From Terriglobia bacterium (GTDB lineage: Bacteria; Acidobacteriota; Terriglobia; 20CM-2-55-15), in contig CAXWPJ010000009.1 of the NCBI GenBank assembly GCA_963664115.2, positions 448,001 through 512,000 on the forward strand: a stretch of 64,000 nt of DNA. Reading direction: 5' to 3'. Below are positions 62,015-64,000 of the stretch, piece by piece (position 1 is the stretch's first letter; each line of letters begins with the position of its first letter). A program made the translations under genes and the position numbers. The notes under the pieces are model-generated. The model worked only from the letters and a program-made list of their open reading frames with translations, was not told the DNA's origin and ran no database searches.

Positions 62015-62929
62015 ATGAAGATCGTTTTGCTGGGCACAAGTGCCGCCGTTCCGACGCTGTATCGAAGCCTGTCATCGACGGCATTGATCCGCGACGGAGA
62101 CGTGTTTCTGTTCGACTGTGGCGAAGGAACACAGGTACAGCTGATGCGTGCCGGTGTGCGGCGAAGTAAAATCCACTCGATATTCATCGGTCATCTCCAT
62201 GGAGACCATCTTTACGGTATCAATGGGCTGCTGAGCACCTTGCATCTGGACAACCGGGAAACGCCGCTCCGCGTGTATGGACCACAGGGAATACTGCACT
62301 TTCTTCACGCCTCGTTCAGGACGAATAGCCTCAAATTCAGTTACCCGATAACGGTTCAGGAGTTTTCGCGCGGTTTCCACGGACGCGTACTCGAAGAAAA
62401 AGAGTTTTATGTCGATGCGATGCCCTTGGATCACTCTATTTTTTGTCTGGGATGGCGCTTTCAGGAAAAAGATCGGCCCGGCATCTTCAATCTGGAACAA
62501 GCCGAAGCGCTGGGCGTTCCTCGAGGACCCCTGTTCGGCAAACTTCAGAACGGAAATTCTATAATCCTGGAAAAAGGGCAAACGATCCGCCCCGAAGAAG
62601 TGCTGGGCGAAACCCGACCCGGGAAGTCCGTTGCCTATTGCCTGGACACTCAGTTTTCAAAACGGTCTATCGAACTGGCCGAGGGCTGCACAGTGTTGAT
62701 CCACGAAACGACCTTCGGACCCGATGGCGTCACGATGGCACGGGAACGGAAGCATTCCACAATGGAAGACGCCGCCCGTGTGGCCGCCGATGCAGGCGCC
62801 GGGCAATTGATCGCCACTCACTTCAGCAGCCGCTACGATCATCGTCAGGTGAAGCGGATCGCCGACGAAGCCCGCGCCACGTATGAAAACATCACGATCG
62901 CCCGCGACTTGAAAGAGATTGATATTTAA
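62015..62929 (+). CDS. rnz: Ribonuclease Z
   Basis: LGTSAAVP, FDCGEGTQ, HLHGDH, GP-rich exosite, HST, HFSSRY. Confidence 0.95.
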   Translation: MKIVLLGTSAAVPTLYRSLSSTALIRDGDVFLFDCGEGTQVQLMRAGVRRSKIHSIFIGHLHGDHLYGINGLLSTLHLDNRETPLRVYGPQGILHFLHASFRTNSLKFSYPITVQEFSRGFHGRVLEEKEFYVDAMPLDHSIFCLGWRFQEKDRPGIFNLEQAEALGVPRGPLFGKLQNGNSIILEKGQTIRPEEVLGETRPGKSVAYCLDTQFSKRSIELAEGCTVLIHETTFGPDGVTMARERKHSTMEDAARVAADAGAGQLIATHFSSRYDHRQVKRIADEARATYENITIARDLKEIDI

Positions 62930-62956
62930 AATCGGGAAATAGGGCTCTGACCCGAA

Positions 62957-64000
62957 TTAAGGCGAAACGAGGGTTTCGTGGGGGACAGGAACACCCTGGA
63001 GGGTGCCGCGTGCGATACCGGAAACCTGGACCCGAACGGTTTCGCCCGCTCGATGCACACCTTCAAGCTGAATCTTTTGGTTGCCTCGTGTTCGGCCGCA
63101 GTTCGGTTCTTCGATCAGGACTTCCTGAAAGCTTCCCACACGATCGGCCCGTTTCTCTCGAGCGATCGTCTCGACCCGGTCGAGGCATTCCTGGTGACGC
63201 GCTTCGACGAAGTCCTCTGGATGGCACTCCATCGAAGCCGCAGGCGTGCCGGCGCGAGCCGAGTACTTGAACACGAAACCCCGGTCGAATCGTGCCTCAT
63301 CAAGTAAAGACAGGGTCTCGGCGAAATCGTCCTCACCCTCGCCCGGGAACCCGACGATCAGATCCGTGGAGATCGCGATGTCCGGCATTCTGGAACGCAG
63401 TTTTCCAATCAGCTCCAGGTAGTATTCACGCGTGTAGTTGCGGAGCATGGATTTCAGAATCGGCGTCGAACCGGACTGAACCGGCAGATGCAGTCCCTCG
63501 CACACCGCCGGTATCGAAGCCATCGCGTCGATTACACGGTCGGTCATGTAGTAGGGATGTGGGCTGACAAAGCGAATGCGTTCGACGCCGTCAATTTCGG
63601 CGACGGCCTCGAGCAGGTCTGAGAATTCGGTATCGCCGCGTCGTGAGCCGTCGCGGTGGTAGGAGTTGACGGTCTGTCCGAGGAGGGTAAACTCGCGTAT
63701 GCCGGTCTCGGCCCCTCGACGCACCTGGGAAAGAATCTCCTCCATCGGGCGGTAGCTTTCCCGGCCACGCACATATGGAACAATGCAATAGCTGCAGGAA
63801 TAGTTACAGCCGCGCATGACGGTCACGAAGGTCGCAACCTGATCGTTCGTGGAACCGGCCGCGTATTCCAGGTTTTCATCGGTAGGCCTGCGCTCGAGCA
63901 AGCCATCGACAATGGCGCCAAACGCTTCGATGGACTTGGCACCCACCACGAGATCGATATGAGGAAAGCGGGTTTCAAGGACTTCTTTCGTCCGTTCAGC
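62957..64000 (-). CDS. miaB: tRNA methylthiotransferase MiaB (5' end beyond window)
   Basis: GCNYSCSYCIVP radical SAM motif, RGRE, HLPVQSGS, SPHP, TRAM-like tail. Confidence 0.9.
   Translation of the reverse strand, partial: AERTKEVLETRFPHIDLVVGAKSIEAFGAIVDGLLERRPTDENLEYAAGSTNDQVATFVTVMRGCNYSCSYCIVPYVRGRESYRPMEEILSQVRRGAETGIREFTLLGQTVNSYHRDGSRRGDTEFSDLLEAVAEIDGVERIRFVSPHPYYMTDRVIDAMASIPAVCEGLHLPVQSGSTPILKSMLRNYTREYYLELIGKLRSRMPDIAISTDLIVGFPGEGEDDFAETLSLLDEARFDRGFVFKYSARAGTPAASMECHPEDFVEARHQECLDRVETIAREKRADRVGSFQEVLIEEPNCGRTRGNQKIQLEGVHRAGETVRVQVSGIARGTLQGVPVPHETLVSP

Overview
A GC-rich bacterial chromosome segment that is probably origin-proximal and, by gene order and content, probably from Acidobacteriota (inference). 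The housekeeping backbone runs mnmE-mnmG-rsmG-parS-parA-parB-bactofilin-selD (a UGA/SECIS selenoprotein), then an ATP synthase operon b'-b-delta-alpha-gamma-beta-epsilon. Next comes an accessory block: orphan GspE/PilB ATPase plus HDOD, amidohydrolases, TonB receptor, B3 metallo-beta-lactamase fold, cytochrome P460 family, MutS-V and an IS1380. The rest is arnT-like/lpxL/htpX, glcDEF, eno, a small microcompartment locus coupled to ruvAB, pcrA, yvcK-glmU-glmS, an atypical csrA, dacB, proline dehydrogenase, rnz and partial miaB. The most striking feature is a ~4.3 kb IS1-family cargo element (6506-10800, 8-bp target duplication TAGTTCCC, imperfect terminal IRs) inserted just upstream of the atp promoter. 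It carries tandem NrdR-box-like sites, two abutting non-canonical tRNA genes (one with Ser-like acceptor, discriminator and long variable arm but a Leu UAG anticodon), an RHH gene split by IS256, a hicBA toxin-antitoxin pair, a second RHH gene, a structured leader and a transposase broken by two small insertions. A dispersed family of intergenic inverted repeats built from 8-9-nt units is also present.
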